Shown: positions 1 to 7,661 of the stretch, piece after piece
Layout of the letters: the number at the start of each line of letters is the position of its first letter
Numbering within the stretch: position 1 is the first letter of the stretch
Origin: a virus
Reading direction: 5' to 3' (one strand)
Length of the DNA stretch: 37,559 nucleotides
Virus record (IMG/VR): IMGVR_UViG_3300029790_000030
Span: 1-37,559 of that record
Position numbers and translations under genes: made by a program
The notes under the pieces: generated by a model
Told to the model about the DNA's origin: nothing
Database searches by the model: none
The model's input: the letters and a program-made list of their open reading frames with translations, nothing else

Positions 1-63
1 CTTAATGATAAAATCTGCCTTGTAAGCGGACGGTCGTCAGTTCAAATCTGACAAGCGGCTCCA
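1..63 (+). tRNA. tRNA 3' portion (D-loop onward), anticodon TGT (Thr-UGU likely); 5' end lies outside the window
   Basis: Folded by eye. Anticodon stem tctgc (14-18) pairs with gcgga (26-30). The 7-nt loop cttgtaa has T at position 33 and A at 37, with anticodon TGT at 21-23. Variable loop is 5 nt. T-stem gtcag (36-40) pairs with ctgac (48-52) around T-loop ttcaaat. Acceptor 3' strand aagcggc, discriminator t, CCA at 61-63. No complementary 5' acceptor strand is present, consistent with truncation by the window edge. Confidence 0.5.
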
Positions 64-95
64 TCATAACCCGCTCAAGGTCAATCCTTGAGCGG
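1..95 (+). repeat. Left copy of direct repeat (putative attL core), identical to 37465-37559
   Basis: Read directly: bases 1-95 equal 37465-37559 base for base. Both copies touch the window edges, so the true repeat may be longer. Confidence 0.85.
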
Positions 96-104
96 GTTGC
101 TTTT
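69..104 (+). terminator. Rho-independent terminator of the tRNA gene
   Basis: Stem acccgctcaagg (69-80) and ccttgagcgggt (86-97) around a 5-nt loop, followed by tgctttta. Confidence 0.55.
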
Positions 105-262
105 ATGAGGCGTGCGCCATTACTCGTTCCCATGAATTTCCGGCGTGCCGCTTTTGAACATTCATCATCCATTCATATCTCCGGCGGAATGCGGCAGCCG
201 CAGGAAGCAAAGCGGGACGCAACATCTGGCAAGAGGCCATTCCACCCACAGGCATCCCCGTC

Positions 263-301
263 AACTTCCGGCAGCGAAGGGCCATTCCCGGAGCGGGAAG
301 A
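263..301. repeat. About 1.6 imperfect tandem copies of a 20-bp unit (gccattcccggcagcgaagg); a single perfect copy lies at 3276-3295
   Basis: The 11-mer gccattcccgg and the 12-mer cggcagcgaagg each occur in both places by direct reading. Confidence 0.4.
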
Positions 302-397
302 AGGTTCCGTTGGCGATAACGCCGCCTCAGCAAGCCGTTTCCCCCCTTGAATACGCCTCCATTGCCATTTCGACCAAGGGAACCATGATTCAAGCCA

Positions 398-979
398 ATG
401 GATACTACAGAAAAAAAGATGGCCGCGGCTATCCTCCGGTTTGAAGACAGCCGCGTTACCGGGCCGGATTCCCTGCGCGTTTCTCGCCTTCCTGCCGCCG
501 ACAAGGGCGGCAAGTGGGAGATTTGCGGCATTTGCGACGGTATTGAACCGACCGTGTTTAACAGATTGAAGGCCCTGCTGGATGCCGGAAGACGTGAAGA
601 GGCCTGGGAAGGTTGTCTCCAGTATGTCCTGGATAATACCGCCGCCGTGCGTTCCTGGCTGGGTTCCGACGCTTATCCTGGCGTTGAATTCATCCTGCGG
701 GATCATTATTTCAATTCCGGGAGCAGGAATACCGGGAAGATTTTGCAGCGCGCGCTGAATATTCACGGCGCCGGGCTTGTGGTGGACGGGATTGTCGGCC
801 CCAGGACCAGGCAGGAGTTGCAGGACCAGCTGGCCGCCACGGGTGAAGCGGTGTTCCTTATCGCTCTGCAGGAGAAGCGTCAGGCGTTTTACCGCTCGTG
901 CAAGCAGTTTTCCGTGTTCGGGAAGGGCTGGCTGAACCGCTGTGACGATGCGTTCAGCGTGGCGCAGGAGCTTGTTTAG
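398..979 (+). CDS. Putative endolysin: GH108-like lysozyme N-terminus plus PG_binding_3-like peptidoglycan-binding C-terminus
   Basis: 193 aa. N-terminus ILRFEDSR...DKGGKWEICGI resembles a degenerate GH108 ILxxEGG...GG.T.yGI motif. C-terminus LVVDGIVGPRTRQEL...FGKGWLNRCDD matches the D-G-x-x-G-P-x-T peptidoglycan-binding pattern with a GW..R tail. Confidence 0.5.
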   Translation: MDTTEKKMAAAILRFEDSRVTGPDSLRVSRLPAADKGGKWEICGICDGIEPTVFNRLKALLDAGRREEAWEGCLQYVLDNTAAVRSWLGSDAYPGVEFILRDHYFNSGSRNTGKILQRALNIHGAGLVVDGIVGPRTRQELQDQLAATGEAVFLIALQEKRQAFYRSCKQFSVFGKGWLNRCDDAFSVAQELV

Positions 980-1000
980 TTGTTTTCATCATTAGTTGTT

Positions 1001-1291
1001 ATGAGTTCAAATCCATTAAAAGCTGTCGGAGGGGCCCTGGCAAATATCGCCACGTTCGGGGGATATGGAGCCAATAAGGCGGCCAAGAAGCAGGCAAGCG
1101 CCGCCAACGCTATGGCTGATGCCATGGCGAATGCCCCGGAGCAGAAGGTTATTACTACGGAAACCAAGGATGTTTCCCAAGCGGAGGATGCGGTGAATTC
1201 GTCTGCCCGCCGCCGCTTGAAGCTTAGTAATACGACGAACCGGAGCAATCCTCTTTCTTCCCTGGCTGGCCTGAGGAAGACGCTGGGTTGA
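1001..1291 (+). CDS. Hypothetical small Ala/Gly-rich protein (possible virion protein)
   Basis: ORF 980-1291; ATG at 1001 (MSSNPLKAVGG...) is the more plausible start. No transmembrane segment, so not an obvious holin. Confidence 0.35.
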   Translation: MSSNPLKAVGGALANIATFGGYGANKAAKKQASAANAMADAMANAPEQKVITTETKDVSQAEDAVNSSARRRLKLSNTTNRSNPLSSLAGLRKTLG

Positions 1292-1309
1292 TTTTTACAC
1301 AGGAGATTC

Positions 1310-2977
1310 ATGGAAAATGTTAAAGATTTATTGAGGACGGCAGACGCCCTGTTCACGGAGATGAATAAGAATTCCGGGGATTGGGATGAATTGCGCCGGC
1401 GCATCATGCCGAGGATGGAGGGGAAGGCCCGCCAGCAGGAACAGGCTAATGAGATGACGGCTACGTCCAGTTTTTCTCCGGTGGCGCATAAGTCCCTTTT
1501 GAATTTGGCGTCCGCTCATCTTCTTTTTATTACTCCCATGGATCAGAAGTGGTTTTCCCTGCGGCCGCAGGATGAAAGGGATGATTACACCGATGAGGAT
1601 GACTGGTACAGCAAAGCGACGGAGGCCGTCTACCGTGCGCTGGCGGATTCCAATTTCTATGCGGCGGCCCACGAGGTTTACCTGGACCGTTGCCTGACGG
1701 GTACAGGCTGCATGTTTGCAGATGTTTCCCGTGACGGGTCCCTGGTGTTCAAACACGTTCCTACCGGGACTTATGCGATTGCCGAGGGAGCCCACGGGGA
1801 GGTGAATACGCTGGTGCGGACGTTGAAGTTTACTGCCCAGCAGGCCGTGGAGATGTTTAAGCTGGGTAATCTGCCTGTCAAGATTCAGGAGGCGTATAAG
1901 AATGCGGAGAGGCGATATACCGAGATGTTCGAGTTTGTTCATCTTGTACTGCCCAACAGCCGGGCGCAGTTCGGTTCCGACATGGTAAGGCCTGGCCGCC
2001 GCAAGTGGTTGGACGTGTATATTGCCAGGGAGGCGGAGAAGATTGTTTTCCATGGCGGCTTTTACGAGTTTCCTTTTCTGGTGACGCGCTTTTTGAAGGG
2101 CGGCGTTTCTTCTTACGGAGAGGCTCCGGGGAAGGCTGTGCTGCCGGAGATCAAGGCTACCCTGCTGATGGATCGGGTGATGGATGTGGCCGGCAGCCGG
2201 GCGGCCATTCCCAGCGTTATCGTGTCGGCTAAGATGGCAAAGGAGGTTGATTTGCGGGCCGGAGGCAAGACGGTTGTTCCGGATGAGCTTATTGGTTCAC
2301 AGTTGCCGAGGGAATGGGCGAACGTGGGGGATGTGAGGTTTATGCTGGAGCGGCAAGATAAGAAGGAGAAGTTGATCAGGGAGGCGTTTTTCAATGATAT
2401 TCTCCAGGTGGTTTCAAGCGTGGACCGCGAGATGACGGCTACGGAGGTGAATGCCCGCGAGTCGGAACGCATTATTTGCTTTTTTTCTTCTTTTATTCAG
2501 TTTTCGCAGGATTTTCAGACGATGATGAATCGCATTGTCTGCCTGATGTTCCGCAATACGCAGGGGGCCGTGCTTCCGGGCGACGCGCCCGATGAGTTTT
2601 TTGTCCGTTCCGCCGATGGGGGGAAGTTTGAGTTGCGGACTCCCCGCACCCGTTATCTGGGCAAGATTGCCCAGGCATTTGACCGTTTGCAGAGGTACGG
2701 CCTTGAGGGGGTGTTGAATGGGTTGGCGAAGTATATCCAGGTTTCGGGCGATACCCGCATTGCCAAGCGCATGAAGGCATGGGAGGTATTGCGGTTTATG
2801 TGGGACAGTTCCGGCGCCCCGTCCAAGTGCATTGTGTCCGCGTCCGAGAATAGCAAGATGGTTGAGGAGGAGAAGGCGCAGGAGGATCAGATGCGTCAGG
2901 CCGCCCTTGCGGAGCAATTGGCCAGAGCCGGCAGGGATAGCGCCGCGGCGTCCGCACAGTTTAATACGGATTCATGA
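1310..2977 (+). CDS. Portal (head-tail connector) protein, T7 gp8-like
   Basis: 555 aa. By-eye similarity to T7 gp8 in the central region (REMTATEVNARESERII...MMNRIVCLMF against T7 gERVTAEEIRYVASELE...LPLVRVLL) and in the Q/A/M-rich C-terminal tail. Stop overlaps the next ATG (ATGA). Confidence 0.6.
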   Translation: MENVKDLLRTADALFTEMNKNSGDWDELRRRIMPRMEGKARQQEQANEMTATSSFSPVAHKSLLNLASAHLLFITPMDQKWFSLRPQDERDDYTDEDDWYSKATEAVYRALADSNFYAAAHEVYLDRCLTGTGCMFADVSRDGSLVFKHVPTGTYAIAEGAHGEVNTLVRTLKFTAQQAVEMFKLGNLPVKIQEAYKNAERRYTEMFEFVHLVLPNSRAQFGSDMVRPGRRKWLDVYIAREAEKIVFHGGFYEFPFLVTRFLKGGVSSYGEAPGKAVLPEIKATLLMDRVMDVAGSRAAIPSVIVSAKMAKEVDLRAGGKTVVPDELIGSQLPREWANVGDVRFMLERQDKKEKLIREAFFNDILQVVSSVDREMTATEVNARESERIICFFSSFIQFSQDFQTMMNRIVCLMFRNTQGAVLPGDAPDEFFVRSADGGKFELRTPRTRYLGKIAQAFDRLQRYGLEGVLNGLAKYIQVSGDTRIAKRMKAWEVLRFMWDSSGAPSKCIVSASENSKMVEEEKAQEDQMRQAALAEQLARAGRDSAAASAQFNTDS

Positions 2978-3234
2978 TGAATATGTTTGAAGATAAGCCG
3001 ACACCGGAACAGGTTGAGTTTCTCAAGAGGCTCAACCGGAGACGAGCCGCGCTGAAGGAGGCTTTTACTCCGGAGGTGCTGGATATTTTAGAGAAGGAGT
3101 TCCAGACGAATTTGCCCTGCTTTCAAGGGAAGGCTGGTTCCTACGACCCCCTTGACGCGATGCGCCGAGACGCCCAAAGGGAAATGCTCCTGTGGGTGAA
3201 ATACGAGATCGAACAATATAACCCTGATTTATGA
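2974..3234 (+). CDS. Hypothetical protein (86 aa), translationally coupled between portal and scaffold genes
   Basis: ATGA overlaps on both sides; no recognisable motif. Confidence 0.4.
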   Translation: MMNMFEDKPTPEQVEFLKRLNRRRAALKEAFTPEVLDILEKEFQTNLPCFQGKAGSYDPLDAMRRDAQREMLLWVKYEIEQYNPDL

Positions 3235-3974
3235 TATACAATAGATTATTCCACAATAGGTTCCTGAGGGAAGAGGCCATTCCCGGCAGCGAAGGTGAAG
3301 GCCCCGGCGGCGGAGCGCCGCCCCCGGCAAGTCCCGTGGACAGTCCGCCTCCCGCAGCTCCTCCAGTCCCGCCCAATCCCTACGATTTTTCAGGGGGTGC
3401 GGAACAGCCCGATCCGGATCCCGGCAGTACTCCCCCGCTTTCTCCGCAGGAGGAGACCGAGTATGAGATTGATTTTGGGGAAGGGTTTGTGGAGAATGAT
3501 GCCCTGCGAGATATGTTGAAGGGACATGCCAGGGCGGCAGGGCTGCCGGCCGATGCCGCCGGGAAGTTTCTTTCCGAGGTGGCCGCCAGCATCCGCGCGG
3601 ACGAGGAGGCTGCTTTTAAGGAGGCTGACGAGGCGTTGAAGGACGAATGGGGAGCGGAGTATGAGACGAATGTTTCTGCCGCCAAGGCGTTTGCCCGGAA
3701 GCTTTCCGTGGAGTCCGGCGTTTCTATGGAGAAGATGGCTGTGTTTGCGAGTCCGGACGGGTTCCGCGTTCTGCACGCCATTTCCCGGCTGACAGGCGAG
3801 GGAGGCTTGAAGGGCGGCGGCCAGATTCCGGCGAAGACGGATCCTGCCGACGAGGCTCAAGCTATTTTGTCCGACCCCAATCACCGTTATTATAAGGCGA
3901 TCGCCGATCCTTCGCATCCACAGTGGCGGGAGGCTACCGATTATTATAATAAGCTGGTGGGGATTTCCGGTTAG
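3231..3974 (+). CDS. Scaffolding protein, T7 gp9-like
   Basis: Acidic, Pro-rich N-terminus and helical body. C-terminus ...IPAKTDPADEAQAILSDPNHRYYKAIADPSHPQWREATDYYNKLV resembles the T7 gp9 C-terminus ...IPAKPQATKREGFADRSEMIKAMSDPRYRTDANYRRQVEQKV. The true start may be downstream of 3231. Confidence 0.55.
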   Translation: MIYNRLFHNRFLREEAIPGSEGEGPGGGAPPPASPVDSPPPAAPPVPPNPYDFSGGAEQPDPDPGSTPPLSPQEETEYEIDFGEGFVENDALRDMLKGHARAAGLPADAAGKFLSEVAASIRADEEAAFKEADEALKDEWGAEYETNVSAAKAFARKLSVESGVSMEKMAVFASPDGFRVLHAISRLTGEGGLKGGGQIPAKTDPADEAQAILSDPNHRYYKAIADPSHPQWREATDYYNKLVGISG

Positions 3975-4002
3975 TTTTTTTTGCGTTGACTATTGGTTCG
4001 GA

Positions 4003-4039
4003 GGGGTGTCCTGCTGTGCGGGGCACCCTTTCTTTTTTT
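4003..4039 (+). terminator. Hairpin plus T-run after the scaffold gene
   Basis: gggtgtcc...gggcaccc imperfect stem (4003-4028) followed by tttcttttttt (4029-4039). Confidence 0.45.
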
Positions 4040-4040
4040 C

Positions 4041-4068
4041 ATTTGTTCAAGTTACGGTTGTATTCATC
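4041..4068 (+). promoter_or_regulatory. 28-bp conserved element (atttgttcaagttacggttgtattcatc); second copy at 32831-32858 with 26/28 identity
   Basis: Both copies end 17-28 nt upstream of the start codon of a tail-tube gene (gp11-like and gp12-like), suggesting a shared late promoter or leader. Confidence 0.5.
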
Positions 4069-4085
4069 AGGCCTGGGGATGTGGC

Positions 4086-4655
4086 ATGATGCCTCAAATG
4101 GATAAGGTGACCGTTTTTAACCAGGCTCTGGCCCAGTTTGGGGACCGGGAGTATGTGAAGGGTTCCCCAGCCGGTCGCACCGTTGATTTGTGGTGGCCTA
4201 CCGTGTTGCGGGAAGCGCTGTTGTTCGGGGCATGGACCTGGGCAACCAAACGTGTTGAGATGGATCGCTCCGTTATGAAGCATCCGATTCCGGATGATTG
4301 CCTGCGCGTGCTGTATGTGGGGGCGGATTTGTTCCGCATTGAGGGGCGTGATTTGGTGGTTGAGCGTTACGGGAAACGCGCCGCCGGGACCGATAAGCTG
4401 GTGGTGGATTATCTTTCCGACGAGGTGGCCCGTTCCGAAGTGCTGCCGGATCACAGTCCGTTTTTTATCAAGGGCGTTGTGTTTCTTCTGGCTGGCAGGT
4501 GCGCTTTGAAGCTGGCTTCTTCTCCCCAGCTTGCGGCCGCTTTGGAGGCACAGGGGGAGGCGTTTTTAAGCAAGGCCCTTTATTGGGACACCTGCCAGCA
4601 TTCTTCCAACGACCAGGATCCTTTAACAGAGATTTTAAGCAGTTCCATTTTCTGA
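4086..4655 (+). CDS. Tail tubular protein A, T7 gp11-like
   Basis: ORF 3993-4655; ATG at 4086 (MMPQMDK...) fits the downstream placement of the motif. By-eye matches to T7 gp11: NQALAQFG against NDILASIG, GAWTWA against RGWTFN, and SPFFIKGVVFLLAGRCAL against PECFRYWIVTKASRQF. Confidence 0.55.
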   Translation: MMPQMDKVTVFNQALAQFGDREYVKGSPAGRTVDLWWPTVLREALLFGAWTWATKRVEMDRSVMKHPIPDDCLRVLYVGADLFRIEGRDLVVERYGKRAAGTDKLVVDYLSDEVARSEVLPDHSPFFIKGVVFLLAGRCALKLASSPQLAAALEAQGEAFLSKALYWDTCQHSSNDQDPLTEILSSSIF

Positions 4656-4659
4656 TGTT

Positions 4660-5355
4660 ATGAGTTCCGATTTCGGGGGTTCCCAGCAGTATAAGTATCA
4701 GGGGCAGGCGGCTTTGAGCAACGGGCGCGCCACGCAGGCGGCTTATGAGAAGAAGGCCCGCGCCCTGGAGGCGGAGGCGGTTTCCGATTCCCACCTGGCC
4801 GCCCGCAATATGAAGCGGATGCGCCAGAATCAGAATGCCGCCATGGGGTCTGCACGGGCACAGCGCGGCGGATCCGGTTTTACTTCCGAGGGGTCCGGCA
4901 GCCAGGCGGAGGTGGCGGTGGCGGATGTGTGGGAGAGCGCCATTGGGGACGCGGCCCTTTCCAACGCTGTTTCCGATGCCAATAAGCGGTTTGCCGCGGA
5001 GTCCGCCCGATACCAGGGGGATCTGGCCATGATGGCGGCACGCAGCGAGGCGGACCAGTATAAGATGCTTTCACAGAATGCCCTTGGTTCTGCCATGATC
5101 CAGACGGCCCTGACGGCGGCGGGGGGTGTCATGGGGGCGGCAGGAATGTCCGGTGGCGGGTTGCTGGGGGGTGTTACCGAGAGCGGGCAGACGTGGGGTT
5201 CCGCCTCTGGAGGAACCCAGGGGGCTTTTTCCGGGATGATGAATGCTTATTCCCTTTCCGGTTCCCTGGGGGGGATGGTGCCGGGGAGCATGCAGTCTTC
5301 CAACAGGTTGAGGGATTCCCTGCTGGCTAATTTCATGGGTTTTGGAAAGAGATGA
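4660..5355 (+). CDS. Gly/Ala-rich internal virion protein, possibly T7 gp14-like
   Basis: 231 aa. The helical N-terminus (AYEKKARALEAEAV...NMKRMRQNQNAA) resembles the gp14 composition, followed by a long Gly-rich tail. Stop overlaps the next ATG. Confidence 0.35.
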   Translation: MSSDFGGSQQYKYQGQAALSNGRATQAAYEKKARALEAEAVSDSHLAARNMKRMRQNQNAAMGSARAQRGGSGFTSEGSGSQAEVAVADVWESAIGDAALSNAVSDANKRFAAESARYQGDLAMMAARSEADQYKMLSQNALGSAMIQTALTAAGGVMGAAGMSGGGLLGGVTESGQTWGSASGGTQGAFSGMMNAYSLSGSLGGMVPGSMQSSNRLRDSLLANFMGFGKR

Positions 5356-5693
5356 GCGTTTCTCCCATGCAGCAGGCTTTTTTTCTGATGGAAGCCCAGC
5401 GCCCCGGCTGGTTCCGGGAGACCGTTTCCCTGGCGGATGCGGGAGGAGGGATCGTGTGGTGCTGCCCTTCGTTGTTTTTTGCGGGGGTGCCGGATCCGGA
5501 GTCTCCCAGGACGTTGATTGTTCTTTTTGCCCACGGCCGCATGGAGGCTGTCAGGGAGTTGGCTTGTCTGGTGCAGGGGCGTTTTGACCGGGCAAGGTGG
5601 CAACGCTGCATCCGCGGACGCGAGGACTGGAAGGAGATTTCCATCACCAGGTTTTTAAGTTTCAACCGTTTCAAGATGAAAGAAGATGAGTGA
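5352..5693 (+). CDS. Hypothetical protein (113 aa), gp13-equivalent position
   Basis: Coupled on both sides by overlaps; no motif. Confidence 0.3.
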   Translation: MSVSPMQQAFFLMEAQRPGWFRETVSLADAGGGIVWCCPSLFFAGVPDPESPRTLIVLFAHGRMEAVRELACLVQGRFDRARWQRCIRGREDWKEISITRFLSFNRFKMKEDE

Positions 5694-7644
5694 TTTACAG
5701 CAACCCATGTACGGAGGAACCCGGATGAATGCGGCTTCCTCCACCCCTGCCCCGGTCCAGATGCCGGATGTTTCTTCCAAGCCCGTTCAGAGGGCGCTGC
5801 AGAATGCCCAGGAGTTTGTGTCTGATGTTGCCCACCAGTACCAGCGCATGAAGGATTTCGGCGAGCAGACGCGGCTGGAAGGCCGGATGAATGATTTGGC
5901 CAGCGAGTTTGAGCAGGAGATGACCCGGAGATTAGGGTTTGCCCGCGGTCATGAGCTGTCTTTTTACGATCGTGACGGGAGGCTGAAAGAGAGCGCCCTG
6001 AATACGTTTGTACGGAATTACGAAGGGAAGTTCCGCGAGTTGAAGGGGAGTTTTGTTTCCCAGGAGGAGGCCTCCAGATTCGGAGCCAGGCAGCAGGATG
6101 TGATGCGCCGACTCCAGGGGAGGGCTTCCGAGCTGGTTCTTAAGGGACAGATTCAGGAGTCCAGACAGGCTTTTGAGGAAGGGTTGAAGGGGGATTTGCT
6201 GCGGAGGGATTACCAGGGAGCCACCCGTAGGCGCATTCAGGCTTACGAGGCCGGCATTATTTCTGAGAATGGAATGAACAACGGTATTCTGGAAGATACA
6301 CGGAACGGCCTTTTGGACGAATACGAGCAAGATATGCTGATTAACCCCAGTGTTGCTTTTACGAAGCTTGGGGACGGCTATTTTGATGCTCTGGGCGCAG
6401 GAGATGTTTTAAAGCTGAAGGAGAAGACCAGAAGGTTTTTACGTTCCGCGAACCGCTCCGAGAGTGAAGATGGAGCGCCCGGTTACAGAAAGGGTTCTCT
6501 TTGGCCGAAAGCTTCCCTCCGTTACGGAGCCACGGAGCAGGAGTACGACTGGGTGGAGCATTATAACCGGACCGGCAGTTACGGGAAATACGCCCCTTCC
6601 ATTAAGTTTGCCTTCCGGGAGGATTTACGGAATCTGCCCCCCGCCAATTCCGGCGAAGAAAGAACAAGGTACGTCAATGACATGTTGAAGAAGTGGGGGC
6701 AGTATGGACAGGTTCTTGGAGATGAAAGGAAGTTGCGCCTGTTTGTGGAAGACCGGATTGACGCCATGGGGAGCCCCAATACGAACCGGAATAATATAGA
6801 GGCCGTTTTGAAGGCCATGCCGGATCATGTATATATCCCTTATTTTTCTTACCAGGTAGCTAATGCTTACAAGAGTGGTGACCAGGAGCAGATTAAGAAG
6901 GAAGAGAATACGCGGGATGAGGTGGAAGCAGATATTTTGTATAAGACGGAACTTTCCATGACAGAGTGGAGACAGGCTCATCCTAATGCCACACTTGCCC
7001 AAGATCTTGCGCAGATCCATCAATTTACCGCTTTTCATGCCGGGAACAGGTTTGCCTATCGGCCTATTACCGAAGAAGACAAAAAAAGATCTGACGAGAG
7101 CCGCATGAAGAAGGCGCTGGAGTCCATGCCTTTGTATTCTTTTGAGCAACAGGAAGAGTTGAACGTGTCTCCAGAAGAGAGGGAGGCCCAGCAGAAGAAG
7201 GCGGCACAATATATTAAGGGCCAAAGACCTTATTTGCCTTCCCCTCTTGAGAACCACCCTGTTTCTTTTGTCCGGCATGGTACGTCCGGAGCGTATGTTT
7301 CCAAGCAGGCTTATGAGGCTATCAAGGCTAAGTTTGGGAATAGGCCTTTTGCTCGCATTTCTCTGGGACGCAACGGAGCTTTTCTAAAGGTTCCCGTGGT
7401 CGGGGTTTATGAGGGGACCCCGCGGGGCGTTGAGGTTTCAGGACCGCTTTATGAACGCATGGCGTTAAGGTTTCCCGGTGAACAGGCCAGCGGGAATGTC
7501 AGCATTTACGACGGGAAGGATGAACCGGAAGCGCCGGAAGATGGATACGGACCAGGCCTGCTGCCTCCTTTGCCGGGTGGGGACGATACTTACACGCAGG
7601 TGAACGATATTGGCGATTCCGCTCTTCTGCCTCTTAATCAATAG
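5686..7644 (+). CDS. Large helical internal virion/ejection protein, T7 gp15 position
   Basis: 652 aa, highly charged and helical. Sits immediately upstream of the giant gp16-position gene. Confidence 0.4.
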   Translation: MSDLQQPMYGGTRMNAASSTPAPVQMPDVSSKPVQRALQNAQEFVSDVAHQYQRMKDFGEQTRLEGRMNDLASEFEQEMTRRLGFARGHELSFYDRDGRLKESALNTFVRNYEGKFRELKGSFVSQEEASRFGARQQDVMRRLQGRASELVLKGQIQESRQAFEEGLKGDLLRRDYQGATRRRIQAYEAGIISENGMNNGILEDTRNGLLDEYEQDMLINPSVAFTKLGDGYFDALGAGDVLKLKEKTRRFLRSANRSESEDGAPGYRKGSLWPKASLRYGATEQEYDWVEHYNRTGSYGKYAPSIKFAFREDLRNLPPANSGEERTRYVNDMLKKWGQYGQVLGDERKLRLFVEDRIDAMGSPNTNRNNIEAVLKAMPDHVYIPYFSYQVANAYKSGDQEQIKKEENTRDEVEADILYKTELSMTEWRQAHPNATLAQDLAQIHQFTAFHAGNRFAYRPITEEDKKRSDESRMKKALESMPLYSFEQQEELNVSPEEREAQQKKAAQYIKGQRPYLPSPLENHPVSFVRHGTSGAYVSKQAYEAIKAKFGNRPFARISLGRNGAFLKVPVVGVYEGTPRGVEVSGPLYERMALRFPGEQASGNVSIYDGKDEPEAPEDGYGPGLLPPLPGGDDTYTQVNDIGDSALLPLNQ

Positions 7645-7661
7645 TTTTAGCACAATAATAT

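Noticed and set aside
103-766. ORFs on both strands in the attL-proximal 100-770 region (142, 81, 99 and 197 aa)
   Set aside because: They overlap the tRNA terminator, the noncoding leader or the antisense of the lysin gene, and have low-complexity translations. Not an integrase despite the att-adjacent position.
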